Source: Paramecium tetraurelia
Lineage: Eukaryota
Assembly: GCA_000165425.1 (NCBI GenBank)
Contig: CT868679.1
Location: 62,001 to 126,000 of the forward strand
Length of the DNA stretch: 64,000 nt
Reading direction: 5' to 3'
A program made the position numbers and the translations under genes. Of the stretch, positions 53,101-64,000 are shown piece by piece. The notes beneath the pieces were generated by a model. It was not told the DNA's origin. It searched no databases and saw nothing but the letters and a program-made list of their open reading frames with translations. Position 1 is the stretch's first letter. Every line of letters begins with the position of its first letter.

Positions 53101-56100
53101 AGTGATCCTGTTCAAATTAACAGATGGCTTTAACAAAAATTACCAAATGATTAATTTAGTATCGATAATGCCATTATTATGAAACAATCAACAAGATGGC
53201 CATTGATGATAGATCCATAACTTTAAGCTAATGAGTGGATCAAGAATATGGAAAATCAAAAAAGTTTGATTATATTTAATGCAATGTGGCCTATCAGTTA
53301 AATATAACTATAACTACAACATGCAATTTAAATAGGTTATGCTGTTTTATTAGAGAATGCAGGACAAACCTTGGATCCATTGTATGAATAGATATTGCAA
53401 TTCAATCAATAAAAAGGGCAAAGAAACTTATATATCAAGTTTGGCGATAAGATGATAGAATACTCTAGTGATTTTAGATTTTATATCACTACTAAACTCT
53501 CTAATCCTCATTATCAACCTTAAGTTTGTGTGGTTGTGACTATGCTCAATTTTTAGGTTACTTAAGAAGGTCTAATAGATCAAATGTTGAACATAGTAGT
53601 TAAGATTGATGAACCTTTGAAGGATGAACAAAGGAATAAAAATATATCATAATATGTGCTCAATAAAAATAGGTAAATTCAAACTGAGAATCTGATTTTA
53701 AAATTGTTATCAGAAGCTTCTGGAGATATATTAGAGAATGAAGTTTTAATTAAGACTTTGCAATAGTCCAAGGATGATGCTTACGAAATTGAATAAAGAT
53801 TACAGAAATTAGAACATGATCAATTGTTGTTTAATTAAATTAAGTCATTCTATAATCAAGTAGGGGAATTGGTTTCGGACATATACTTCATAATTAATGA
53901 TTTATCCATAATTGAACCGACCTACGTTTGGTCATTGGAATTTTACATCTAGTAATATTAGAAATCCATTAAGGAGGCCTAATTTGGTAAATAAAGAAGA
54001 GTGTAAAACATCATAGATAAATTTCTTTAGCACATTTACATTACAATAAATAGATCATTGTTGGATAAAGATAAATTTATCTTTAGATTTTTATTTTGTT
54101 TAAAAGTGCTTAATATTCCAATTGAATAGATTAGAACTTGTGTAATAGGGCCTTCCATTACTTAAACTGATTTAAAAATGCCTACAGCTTATGATTGGTT
54201 GACTCCTAAGATGTGGTTAGGATTGGTTGATTTAATGGAGAAGTACCCTAAAGATTTCAGTTGGTTATATAAAGATATAGTAGAAAATCATTAATTTTGG
54301 AATGGATACTTTTATAGCCAATAATCATATAAAATATAGATACCATAAATTGAAAACCAATTCAATTCTTTGATGTTGATAAAGATCATAAAACCTGAAT
54401 AATTTATCAATAGTTTCAATGAATTAGTAAGATCATTAATGGGCAAATAATTCTTGGAGAATATCCCATTTACTTTTGAGTAGTTCTACTAAGAATCTAC
54501 TCCAACAACTCCATTGTTATGTTTAATATAGCCAGGCAGTGATGCCAGATAAGAAATAATACAATTGGCAGATAAATTAGGATACTAGGATAACATCTAC
54601 ACAGTTTCTTTAGGATAAGGTTAAATATAATTGGCATTGAAATTGATAAAGAATGGTATACACTAAGGTAAGTGGGTTTTATTATAAAATTGTCATGTTG
54701 CCTAATCTTTTATGCCAGAATTGGAGCAATTGTTTGAAAACCAATTTAAGAGTTAGAATATAAATAAGGAATTTAGATTATGGTTAACAAGTCAACCTAC
54801 AAATCTATTTCCACATAATGTTTTACTGAAAAGTATATTTTTATTAAATAATTAATAGCTCTGAAATTGACATATGAATTGCCAAGAGGTTTAAAGAACA
54901 ATATGTTAAGATCATATTTCTAATAAGACTAAGAGAAATTCGAATAATGCAAAAAATAAGATGAATGGAAGAATTTATTCTTTTCGTTGACTTTATTTCA
55001 TGCTTGTATTTTAGAAAGAAGAAAATATGGTCCATTGGGATGGAATGTTAGCTATAATTTCTCATAACATGATCTTGAAATATCAAAAGAATAAATTCTC
55101 TACATTCTAAATCATTAACATGAAACCTAATGGGATGCATTATAATATTTGGTTGCTGAATCGAATTATGGTGGTAGAGTAACAGATCCTTAGGATAGAA
55201 TACTGTTGAATATCTTAGTAAATGAGTTCTTAAATGAAAATACAGCAAAAGAAGGATATGTCTTTAGTGATTATGTTAAAATACCAGAATCAAATAATAT
55301 ACATGGCTATATTAACTATATTCAAACTCTACCAATTGAAGATCCGCCATAACTTTTTGGTTTACATCCAAATGCAGAAATATATTCCTCAATTTTATAA
55401 GTTGATCACATTAGTTAAGAGATCTTGTAAGTCTTACCGAGAGCAATTGGAGCTCAATAGAATACTGATGCTATTGCCAAACAAAAATGCAAAGAAATCA
55501 TTGATTTATTGCCTTAACAATTCAATATTGCAGAATTGGAAAACAGATATCCAATTTTGTCACAAAACTCTTTGAATACTGTACTACAATAAGATGTTGG
55601 CAGATATAACAAACTACTGAGAACAATAAATTCATCTTTGTCTAATCTTATTAAATAGATAGATGGATATATTAATATGTCTGATGATTCCTAGGACATA
55701 CTTGGATATATTATGGATAATAAAGTACCTAACGAATGGTTGAAACACTCATATTAAACAACTAAACCATTAGCAACATATATCAAAGATTTATTGGATA
55801 GATTATCCTTTATTCGAAAGTGGATTACATAAGGAGAACCAATAGTATATTGGCTAGGTGGTCTATTCTTTATACAAAGTTTTTTGACTGGTATTCTTCA
55901 AAATTATGCCAGAAAACATAAAATACCAATAGATGAGGTGAAATTTGACTATGAATTCTATCAAAGTAAACCAAGTTCAAAGCCAGAGGATGGGTTTTAT
56001 GTTGAAGGCATATACTTTGATGGTGCGAAATTCGATTTTAAAACTAATTCTATTGAGGAACCTGAAAATCTCATTCTTTACTATAATGCTCCTATCATTC

Positions 56101-56294
56101 ATTTCAAACCTACTTTAGAACAATAAGTACTGTAACACTATGCATGTCCTTTATATAATACTGTATAGAGAAAAGGGAATCTGACAAGTACTGGTGGATC
56201 AGCCAATTTCATATGCAATATTAAAGTGCCAATCAGATAGTCTGACAGTCATTGGGCAAAGAGAGGAGTAGCTATGATTTTATAATTAAATTGA
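44178..56294 (+). CDS. Axonemal dynein heavy chain, probably single-headed inner-arm type, divergent
   Basis: [43 protein letters not shown] (P1), [44 protein letters not shown] (P3), GMGGTGRS (P4), [33 protein letters not shown]. Confidence 0.95.
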
Positions 56295-56313
56295 TTTATT
56301 TTTATATCTATTT

Positions 56314-57170
56314 ATGTGGCTTAAATTTCTTTTTTGTGTGTTAATGTACTTTGAGGTAGAGTAATTAGGAAAGATTGCTATTAAGAGTTAATTCCAAAAT
56401 GATATGTTGATATCATACACAAGTATTATTAAAGTTAGAAAGTAGATGCATTTTCTTCTGGACTATTTTTGGCAGTAGGGATTGTTCATATCCTCCCAGA
56501 AGCACACGAAACTTTGGCAGAGTATATAGATTATCCTATTGCATTTTTGATAGCAATCATGGGATTTTCCCTTATACTATTTGTAGAAAAAATAATTTTC
56601 CGAAATGTTGAGGAAAATCCAAGTTGTGTTGAACTATAGCAATTGGATAAATAGGGACATCATTAAGCAATCCTACTTGATAATTTCGATCATCAGCACA
56701 CGAATCAATTGATCCGATCTTTAAAGCATAACCAAAATAATCTTAAACCCTATTTATTATCCACTGCTATTGGATTGCATGCTGTATTTGAGGGGATAGC
56801 TCTTGGTGTAACAAGAAGAACTTCCGATACTTTGGCCTTGGGATTGTCTTTGATGGGTCATAAGTGGGCTGAAGGTTGGGCACTAGGAGTAGCGTTTAGG
56901 GAATCAAGTGTTGAACAAGATTTGCAAATAAAATTCATCATTTTCTCTGCTTTGCTCTCTCCAGTTGGTATCATCATAGGAATGCTGATTGCTAGTGAAA
57001 GTATCTTTGTAACAGGGATTGTTTAAAGCATTACCGCCGGAACATTTATTTATATTGCTTCCACTGAGTTGATCGTTGAAGAATTCAATAAAAATTAAAA
57101 CAAGACAATCAAGTTCATACTTTACCTTTTAGGTATAATGCTTATGTCTTTTATTGTATATTTGGAGTGA
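56314..57170 (+). CDS. ZIP (SLC39) zinc/iron transporter
   Basis: AFSSGLFLAVGIVHILPEA, GLHAVFEGIALG, GHKWAEGWALG, AGTFIYIASTELIVEEF; one intron. Confidence 0.9.
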
Positions 57171-57361
57171 TTTTATATTAATTTATATACACAGATTTAT
57201 ACGAGTCATAAATAAAATTATCGATTCTGAGGTAATTCGAACGTAGGAAATGATTGGATTTGATGGGGAATTGGATTTGGGTATTGTTTGAAATATGGGA
57301 TGTTAAATATATAATATTATAAATAATTGTTTAAATATTTTCACAAAGCAATATAATTAAT

Positions 57362-58280
57362 ATGAATAGACTGATTACTAAAGAGAAATCTAGGAGTAAT
57401 GAAGGGAGAAAGGAGAAGAGCGGATTGTTTCAAAATTGTATGATTATTTTTTACCAATTCAGATATCACTAAGAAGGACTTAGAACAAGTGAGTGGGATA
57501 TTATAACCATAATTAAGGACTTTAAATTTCGACGAACTTACTAACGTATTTAAATTATCCATAACGTTTAGGGAACACTAGATGATCATATGAGTTGTCA
57601 AACATTTTTGCATTGCCTGCCAAATCAAGATAATTTGGATTCTTTGAGTGATGATCATATGTGTCCATACAAGAGAAAATATATCATTGATCAATTAAAG
57701 AATGTCATTAATTAAGGACAAGGTATATATTTACAAATAATAAATAGGAATTAATTTATCATTGTTAAGAGCATTGCAAAAACGAACCGATTCGTGCGAG
57801 AAGAAGAGTGATGTCAATGCATTGACTGACGATGAAAATATCTCGAATAGAGGATTAGAACAAATTAAGACAGTCATGGATAAGTATCAGGAAAGATAAT
57901 AAAAAATTTAAAGATATAAGAATAAAAGAAGAAATTGGGAACGAAAAATATCTTACTCAGGAAGATCTTAAGTGGCTGAATAACGATTAAGAATTAAAGG
58001 CAGATTCATAAGTAAAGAAGATTAATAATCAATTAAAAAATTGATTCATAACAAGTAATAGGAAGATTTTTATGATAAAAAACACAACCTGAATATTGAG
58101 AAATTTCATTAGCATACAAAACTATTTACATATGCAGAGGACCCAAAAATGATTCCAAAAAAATAAATCTTAATGGACATCAGGGATGAGTATTAATTCC
58201 AATAATAATAACTAAAGATACTAAAATCAATCAAGTCCAAAACTAAAATTTTCTAGATTGTTTAGAAGTAAAAATCTTGA
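57362..58280 (+). CDS. CCT-motif (CONSTANS/TOC1-type) protein
   Basis: RQQKIQRYKNKRRNWERKISYSGRSQVAEQRLRIKGRFISK matches the CCT consensus; three introns. Confidence 0.8.
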
Positions 58281-58389
58281 AAAATTATATTATATAATAA
58301 ATTAATACATTATTTTAATTGTTATAATATAAATAAATCCTTAATAAATTACAATAGCAATTAAATTAAAAAAATGAATAATAACAATA

Positions 58390-60288
58390 TCAAAATTGAA
58401 GTTATTACTTATTCCTTGAATCAGGTTTTGACTTAATGTTAGTGAATGTTTGCTTAAGGAGATTTTCAAAGTTTGTTTATAACTAGAGGTTAGTTAGACT
58501 TGACTTTGGATTCTTTTTTAGAGTCCTTTTTACCAATTTATCTATTGTTGCTCTGTTTAAAATAACATTATTATTTTGTTTTTCTAGATCTTTAGTAAAA
58601 TAAAACTGAGAAGAGAACATTGGTTGAAAGGCAATGTTTTACTTCTGTTCTCTTTGAAGCTATTCAAAAAAGTACTTATCATTTTGACTCACTTATCTGA
58701 TATTCAATTTTTGTAGATCTGGAATATATGGAGGTTTAACTTATTTATTAATAAAAGAGACCAAATCTACATCTCTAAACCATCTGTGTGAAAAGATTTC
58801 ATCAATTCCAAAGCGAGAACCTAATCTCTTATGAGGGTCTTTGATCATCAATTATCTTATTAGATCTTTAATATCTGTACTTAGATAATCTGGAAATTCA
58901 ACCTATTCTTTGAGCAATCGGGCATAAATGATATTTTTGTCATCAGCATAAAAAGGAGGTAATCCAGTTACAAATTCATATAATAGACATCCTAAACAAT
59001 AATAATCAACTAATTAGGTGTGACCTGTTGTTTAGAACATTTCAGGAGCCATATATTCAGGTGAACCACAGAATGAATAGGCACAAGTGTCTTTGGTCAT
59101 ATTGGGTCTAGCCAAACCAAAATCAGCCAATTGTATATGACCACTAGAATCGATTAGAATGTTTTCTGGTTTAATGTCTCTATAAATAATTTATTCATTG
59201 TGTAGGAATCCTATGGCTAAGATAACCTCAATGATATAAAATTTGGCTTGTTATTCTGAGAGTCTTTATAATTTTTTGATGTAATTGAACATTTCTCCTC
59301 CAGGACAGTATTCGATTCCAAAAACAATCCAATTTTTGGTTTCGAAAGCACATTCAATTTAATTAGTAAAGATAGAACCACTATAAGTAATTTGAATGAG
59401 AATGTCTCTCTCATTCAATATTAGATCTTACTTTTAATGCTGTAGGATGAATTATTTATTAATCAATTTGAGAGCAACAAATTTGCCATCTATCAGTGAT
59501 CTGGCTAAGATGACAGTTGAGAATCCACCCTTACCAATAATAGAAATGAATTGAAAACTGCTTAGATTGATTCGTTTAACGCTTTGACTGTAGATAGGCT
59601 TCAATCTAATGGTTTTATTGGCAAAAGAATCCATAGGTAAATTTGGTTGTTATAGATAGTAATCAATAGTATAATTTTCATCCACCGTTGAGAACCCAAT
59701 TATTTAATTGTTATTCTATTGTTTTTACTTCAAGAGACTAGTTATTTTGTCAGTAGTGATATTGGGAGCGAATCGATAGTTTTAAACCTCATCTTATGAA
59801 TAGTGAACATAAATGGATATTTCCTACTTCTAAATTTTGTCTTGGGATTGCGATTTACCAATTCCAGTATACATAGTACTCCCAATTAGTTCTTCCATAC
59901 TATTTCTCCTTGTCATTGAGCCTTGAATTGGTTTTAGTTATTGACTATTAGATTATTAAGGATTGGAGTTTTTCTGTGTTAGGAGTAAATTAACACCTTT
60001 AGTTATGTGGAAGAAATTTTCAGTCGGGATACGCAATTATTTGCTTATTGGTCTTATTTTGTCTTTGGAAACTGATTTTTGTGATTTCTGTAAACTATTT
60101 ACTCTTTCAGTCAAGCTACCATTATTTGTTTTGGTAATGTAATTTGGTTTAACAACAAAATCTTCAATGACTCCCTGGGATATTTTTCTATTGGGAAATC
60201 GTTGAGGGGAGATCAAAGTGTTCTTGGAGATTTGGGTTTTTTATTAAACTGCCACTCTGGATGGAGAAATTAGTATATGATGTTGCAT
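58390..60288 (-). CDS. AGC-group Ser/Thr kinase (S6K/Akt-like catalytic domain, long N-terminal extension)
   Basis: [44 protein letters not shown]; no intron detected. Confidence 0.9.
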
Positions 60289-60440
60289 AAATATATTAAT
60301 AATCCAATTATTAAATGATAAAATGGAAAGTGAATTATAGTGTAAAGTGAATGAATGATTTAGTATATGTGAGATGGATTTGAAATGAGAATATATATAT
60401 GTATACATTTTAAAGTCAGAGTAAATAATTATATTAATTT

Positions 60441-61945
60441 ATGGAATAACATTTCGATTAATTTCACGAGGAATAATATGAGATAATGGACGAGTAGAAT
60501 TAGACGGGGATAAATAAGGAAATAGCATATGAAGAATTGAGTGGCGATGAGGCAATGGAGTAATCCTTTAGTGTAAATTCATAATATATGGGCCATAATC
60601 GGAAAGCTAAAACAAACTTATTTATGACTAGTATGATAGTAACTAAAAGCATATTAGGGGTGGGAATCCTTGGACTTGTAAGAAATGCACATCTATTTAG
60701 CCTTACGTCACATATAACTTTGGGTTACTTTTTACAATTATTCTGATTATCGCCTTTTATTGGCAAACCTAATACTGTACAAATATGTTTTTGCAATGCA
60801 AGAATTTGTCAAAAAGAAGTAACATTTCAACAATTGGATTTTCGGCATTTAAATCAAAAGGTATAATTGTTTTCATCAATTTGATAATTATAATAAACAA
60901 TTTTGGTTTATGCTTTGCTGAGATGATCATATAGGGAACAGCCATTTAGAATGTAGTGAAGTCTCTATTTGATGCTAATGATGGAGAATGGTATACACAG
61001 AGACAATTTCTCAGTTCAATATCAGGCTTGATCATGATCCCCATGATGGTTATTAAGAAAATTGAGAAACTCAAATTTGCAGGTGTTACAGCAATCTGTG
61101 CAATGAGTTTATTTTGCATTAGTTTGATAACCAGTTTTATAAACACAATGAAAAACGAGGGCATGGCAGTTGGATTCAACATTTTGCCTTATGATTTCAC
61201 ATTCATCAAGGCATTTGGAGCCTTCCCCACTTTATTACTAGCCTACAATTGGGAATTCAACTTGTTTCCTGTTGCAAAAGGGATGGACAAACCAAATGAC
61301 AAGAAAGTGATGAAGGCTTGTTCTTATGGGATGATTGTTGCAACATGTTTCTATTTAATGGTTGGAATTATGGGTTGTGCCATTTATGGTAAGGAATCAC
61401 AGACTAATTTCTTGGCTAGTGTGACCAAAGAAAAGATGGGGAATGTGCAATTCTATTTGTTGAATGGTTCCTTCTATGTATCTACTGTATTGACTACTCC
61501 TCTGGTGTTCTTTGGGGCAAGGAACAACTTTTTGCAATTGATCAAAGGAGAAAAGAAGAATAAAGTGAAGGGAGTTAACTTTGACTCTCTGGATGAGAAG
61601 GAGGTGGCTTTGTTGAAGAAGTAAAAGAAAAAGAGATAATAATCAACTAAGTATATGTACTATATTTGGTCAATTGGATTGTTTGTCATAATTACGATAG
61701 GCTCGATTTACATCCACTCCTTAGAAATAGCATTTAATTTTGTTGGATCGGTATCTTCGAACTCTATTGGTTGCGTATTGCCTAGTCTCTTTTTGTTTAT
61801 GCTCATGAAGGAAGGCTACAAGAACAAATAGATGACAAAGATGGAAAGTCTACAGGAGAATTTAGCCAAGATATTCTTTGTCTATTCTGTTATAATGTCA
61901 TTTGTTTGTTTGACAAGTGAGATTCTGACAACAATTTATGAATGA
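60441..61945 (+). CDS. Amino acid transporter, AAAP/SLC38-like
   Basis: KSILGVGILGLPY, FPTLLLAYNWEFNLFPV, YLMVGIMGCAIYG, multiple TM helices; one intron. Confidence 0.88.
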
Positions 61946-61982
61946 AGCTGTAAAAATTATATATTATATATATTAAATTAAA

Positions 61983-62451
61983 ATGTAATAAGCTATTCCT
62001 AATATAACACCAGAAGTCAAACAAAGGTTGGAAGATTAAGGATTCAAGCCATTTAAATACAGGCCATTGCCAGAATATGCGAATCCCCATTCACTTTAAT
62101 GTATTCTCATTCTTACATAGATTGGTTGACTAATGCTGGTTTAGGACTCATTTGTCTTGTTGGCAGACATTATGCTTCATCCCAATAATCCATTAGAATA
62201 TTATGGTCCGCATCTGCTGTATTCATTCCTCTATATGCCATTGCCACCAACGCTAAACTTGATGGATTGAGACAAAACAATTTTTACAGGTTTCCATTTC
62301 ACCTTTCAACCTTAGAAAAACTTTGGATGACAGACTCGAATTGCACCCATTGACCAGGAGAGCTTGGGAAAGAGCCAAGCAAACTCACAAGGAGTATTAG
62401 GATCAATTGAGAGAGGAGATTGCTACTTTGGAGGCAGAGTTGAGGAAATGA
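61983..62451 (+). CDS. Small two-TM protein with C-terminal coiled coil (about 140 aa)
   Basis: MQQAIPNITPEVKQRLEDQGFKPFKYRPLPEY...LEAELRK*; introns of 20 nt (62101-62120) and 26 nt; GC-richer codons. Confidence 0.75.
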
Positions 62452-62484
62452 AATTATTGCATATAATAATAAAATTATATAATC

Positions 62485-63262
62485 ATGAATGATTAACTTC
62501 TAACCATGACAGCATAGGAATTCTAACAAATTTACAAAGTAAGTCATTCATAGATTATCAATAAGGAGGTAGAATTCAAACTTGAAAAATTGCACAATAA
62601 GAATAATGTCATCTAATAAAATCTTGATGTTGATATCATCAAAAGAGAACTCTATCAAATGATCAAACAAGAAATTGATCAATTATAATTCTTCATTGAA
62701 GAAATCAAAGATCAAATGAAGTCACTTGAAAACAACATCAACAGCATTGACTCCAAAAATAAGTGATGAAATCTCTATTCATTTTAGGATCAAAAGATTA
62801 AAAGATAATTATCTTAAGGAAACATAACGAAACAAAGCTATCACTCGTATCCTCAACAATAAGTCTTCATTTTAAAGTGAAAAGCAGTATGACGGAGTCA
62901 GCATCCTGAGTCAATCTGGCACTGGAGAATAGCCTGACTCTGTGCCTTCCAATTCATCTCAATTTGAATACTAATAATAAAACATCCAACAAACCGACAG
63001 CTTTCAATAGTAAGATAAATAGTAGAATGGAATCACCATTTAAAATCAGGATTCTCCATCCAATTCTATGTTATATGAAAATGTAATCTAAAGGGATTCT
63101 TCAAACGAGATTAAATTTAATAATGAAGAACAAATAGAAGCCGAGGTTGAGGGTGAAGCATAGGAAGAAATCAATAATTAAGTTTACTTTATTGTATTGG
63201 TCATTGTGATTATTATGGCAGTTTTAATCATTTGGTTGCTATATGATGAAGATATTCTGTGA
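62485..63262 (+). CDS. Tail-anchored coiled-coil protein
   Basis: Helical N-terminus, acidic linker, C-terminal TM VYFIVLVIVIIMAVLIIWLLY; two introns. Confidence 0.7.
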
Positions 63263-63298
63263 TTTTTTATCTATTATTTTATTGTTATTATTATTATA

Positions 63299-64000
63299 AT
63301 GGAAGATTAGATTGATAACGAATTCTTGGATGAAAATTAACAAAACCAAGATCTAATAGATTGCGAGCTATGCAATAGGAAGTTTCATCCTGAAAGAATT
63401 GAAAGACATCTTATTGCTTGTCAAAAAGCACAACTGAAATAATAAGAAAGGGACAAAATAATATAAAAAAAGAAAAAACAGATTGAACAAAAAAAATAAC
63501 AACTTCAATAAATGGATGTTGAAATAGTTAAAACTAATTGGAGGGAAGAACATCAAAAATTTTAGGAATAAATCTAATATAACCGAAAATTAAAATAAGT
63601 AATAACAGCATTATATATTAAGTTAGAAAATGAAGGATAAGATGTAAATTAGTTAACACCACCAGAAACAAAAGTAAATTCCAATTATGTTTTCTGCGAA
63701 TATTGCGAAAGACATTTTGATAAACGTAACAATTAAATATCTATCTCTAAGATGTTGCTGAAAGACACATCCCAAAGTGCAAAGAAACCAAAGCCAAGCC
63801 TAAACCTCCAAGGAAGAAGACCGTTGATGTGATATAACCTTCCTAACCTCAACTTTAAGAAAAAAGATAAGCCTAAGTTAGTACCCCTTCTACTTCAAGT
63901 CAAATGGAAAGAAAGCCCATCATCAAAAAATAACTATCAGACTCATCGCAACAATTCAGACCTACTAGTTTATAAAAATTTATAGCAGAATAGTCTGGCA
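63299..64000 (+). CDS. C2HC zinc-finger protein (ZC2HC1-like), 3' partial
   Basis: CELCNRKFHPERIERHLIAC and CEYCERHFDKHVAERHIPKC; runs off the window. Confidence 0.8.

Noticed and set aside
1095..63556. Most ORFs in the supplied six-frame track (e.g. 1095-1277, 12444-12635, 12479-12859, 30602-30796, 49555-49767)
   Set aside because: Computed with TAA/TAG as stops; they are fragments, off-frame or antisense shadows of real table-6 genes
1..64000. Retained germline IESs, transposons, telomeric repeats or selenoprotein TGA readthrough
   Set aside because: Interruptions in the genes I traced are explained by GT..AG introns; no transposase, terminal inverted repeats, C4A2/C3A3 tracts or in-frame TGA at a conserved Cys position were seen (the dynein was not checked codon by codon)

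Overview
Gene-dense, very AT-rich eukaryotic DNA from a ciliate macronuclear genome, most likely Paramecium (inferred from code and intron size). TAA/TAG read as Gln, TGA is the only stop, introns are about 20-34 nt GT..AG, and many intergenic gaps are 19-50 bp. The supplied standard-code ORF track is therefore mostly misleading; I re-translated by hand with the ciliate code (table 6). About 35 protein-coding genes can be reconstructed: CFAP45, two tandem PX+WD40 genes, a SAXO-like protein, a cathepsin L-like protease, an HP1-like chromo protein, an MFS transporter, a Fip1-motif protein, MOB4/phocein, a vWA protein, two tandem PAS-like genes, two PGP/SHIPPO-repeat proteins, a WDR26-like protein, CCT2, three kinases (one with six EF-hands), a longin+TM protein, a CTD-type phosphatase, a Sin1-CRIM-like protein, a ~12 kb axonemal dynein heavy chain, ZIP and amino-acid transporters, a CCT-motif protein and a C2HC zinc-finger protein. 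No rRNA, tRNA, CRISPR or transposon was recognised. Most notable: a GC-rich island encoding a 68-aa microprotein with an RVxF PP1-docking motif, two apparent +1 frameshifts in CCT2, a cryptic PAS-like tandem pair, an HP1-like protein with an apparently incomplete aromatic cage, and a SNARE-less longin. All family calls are from recalled motifs, not database searches.
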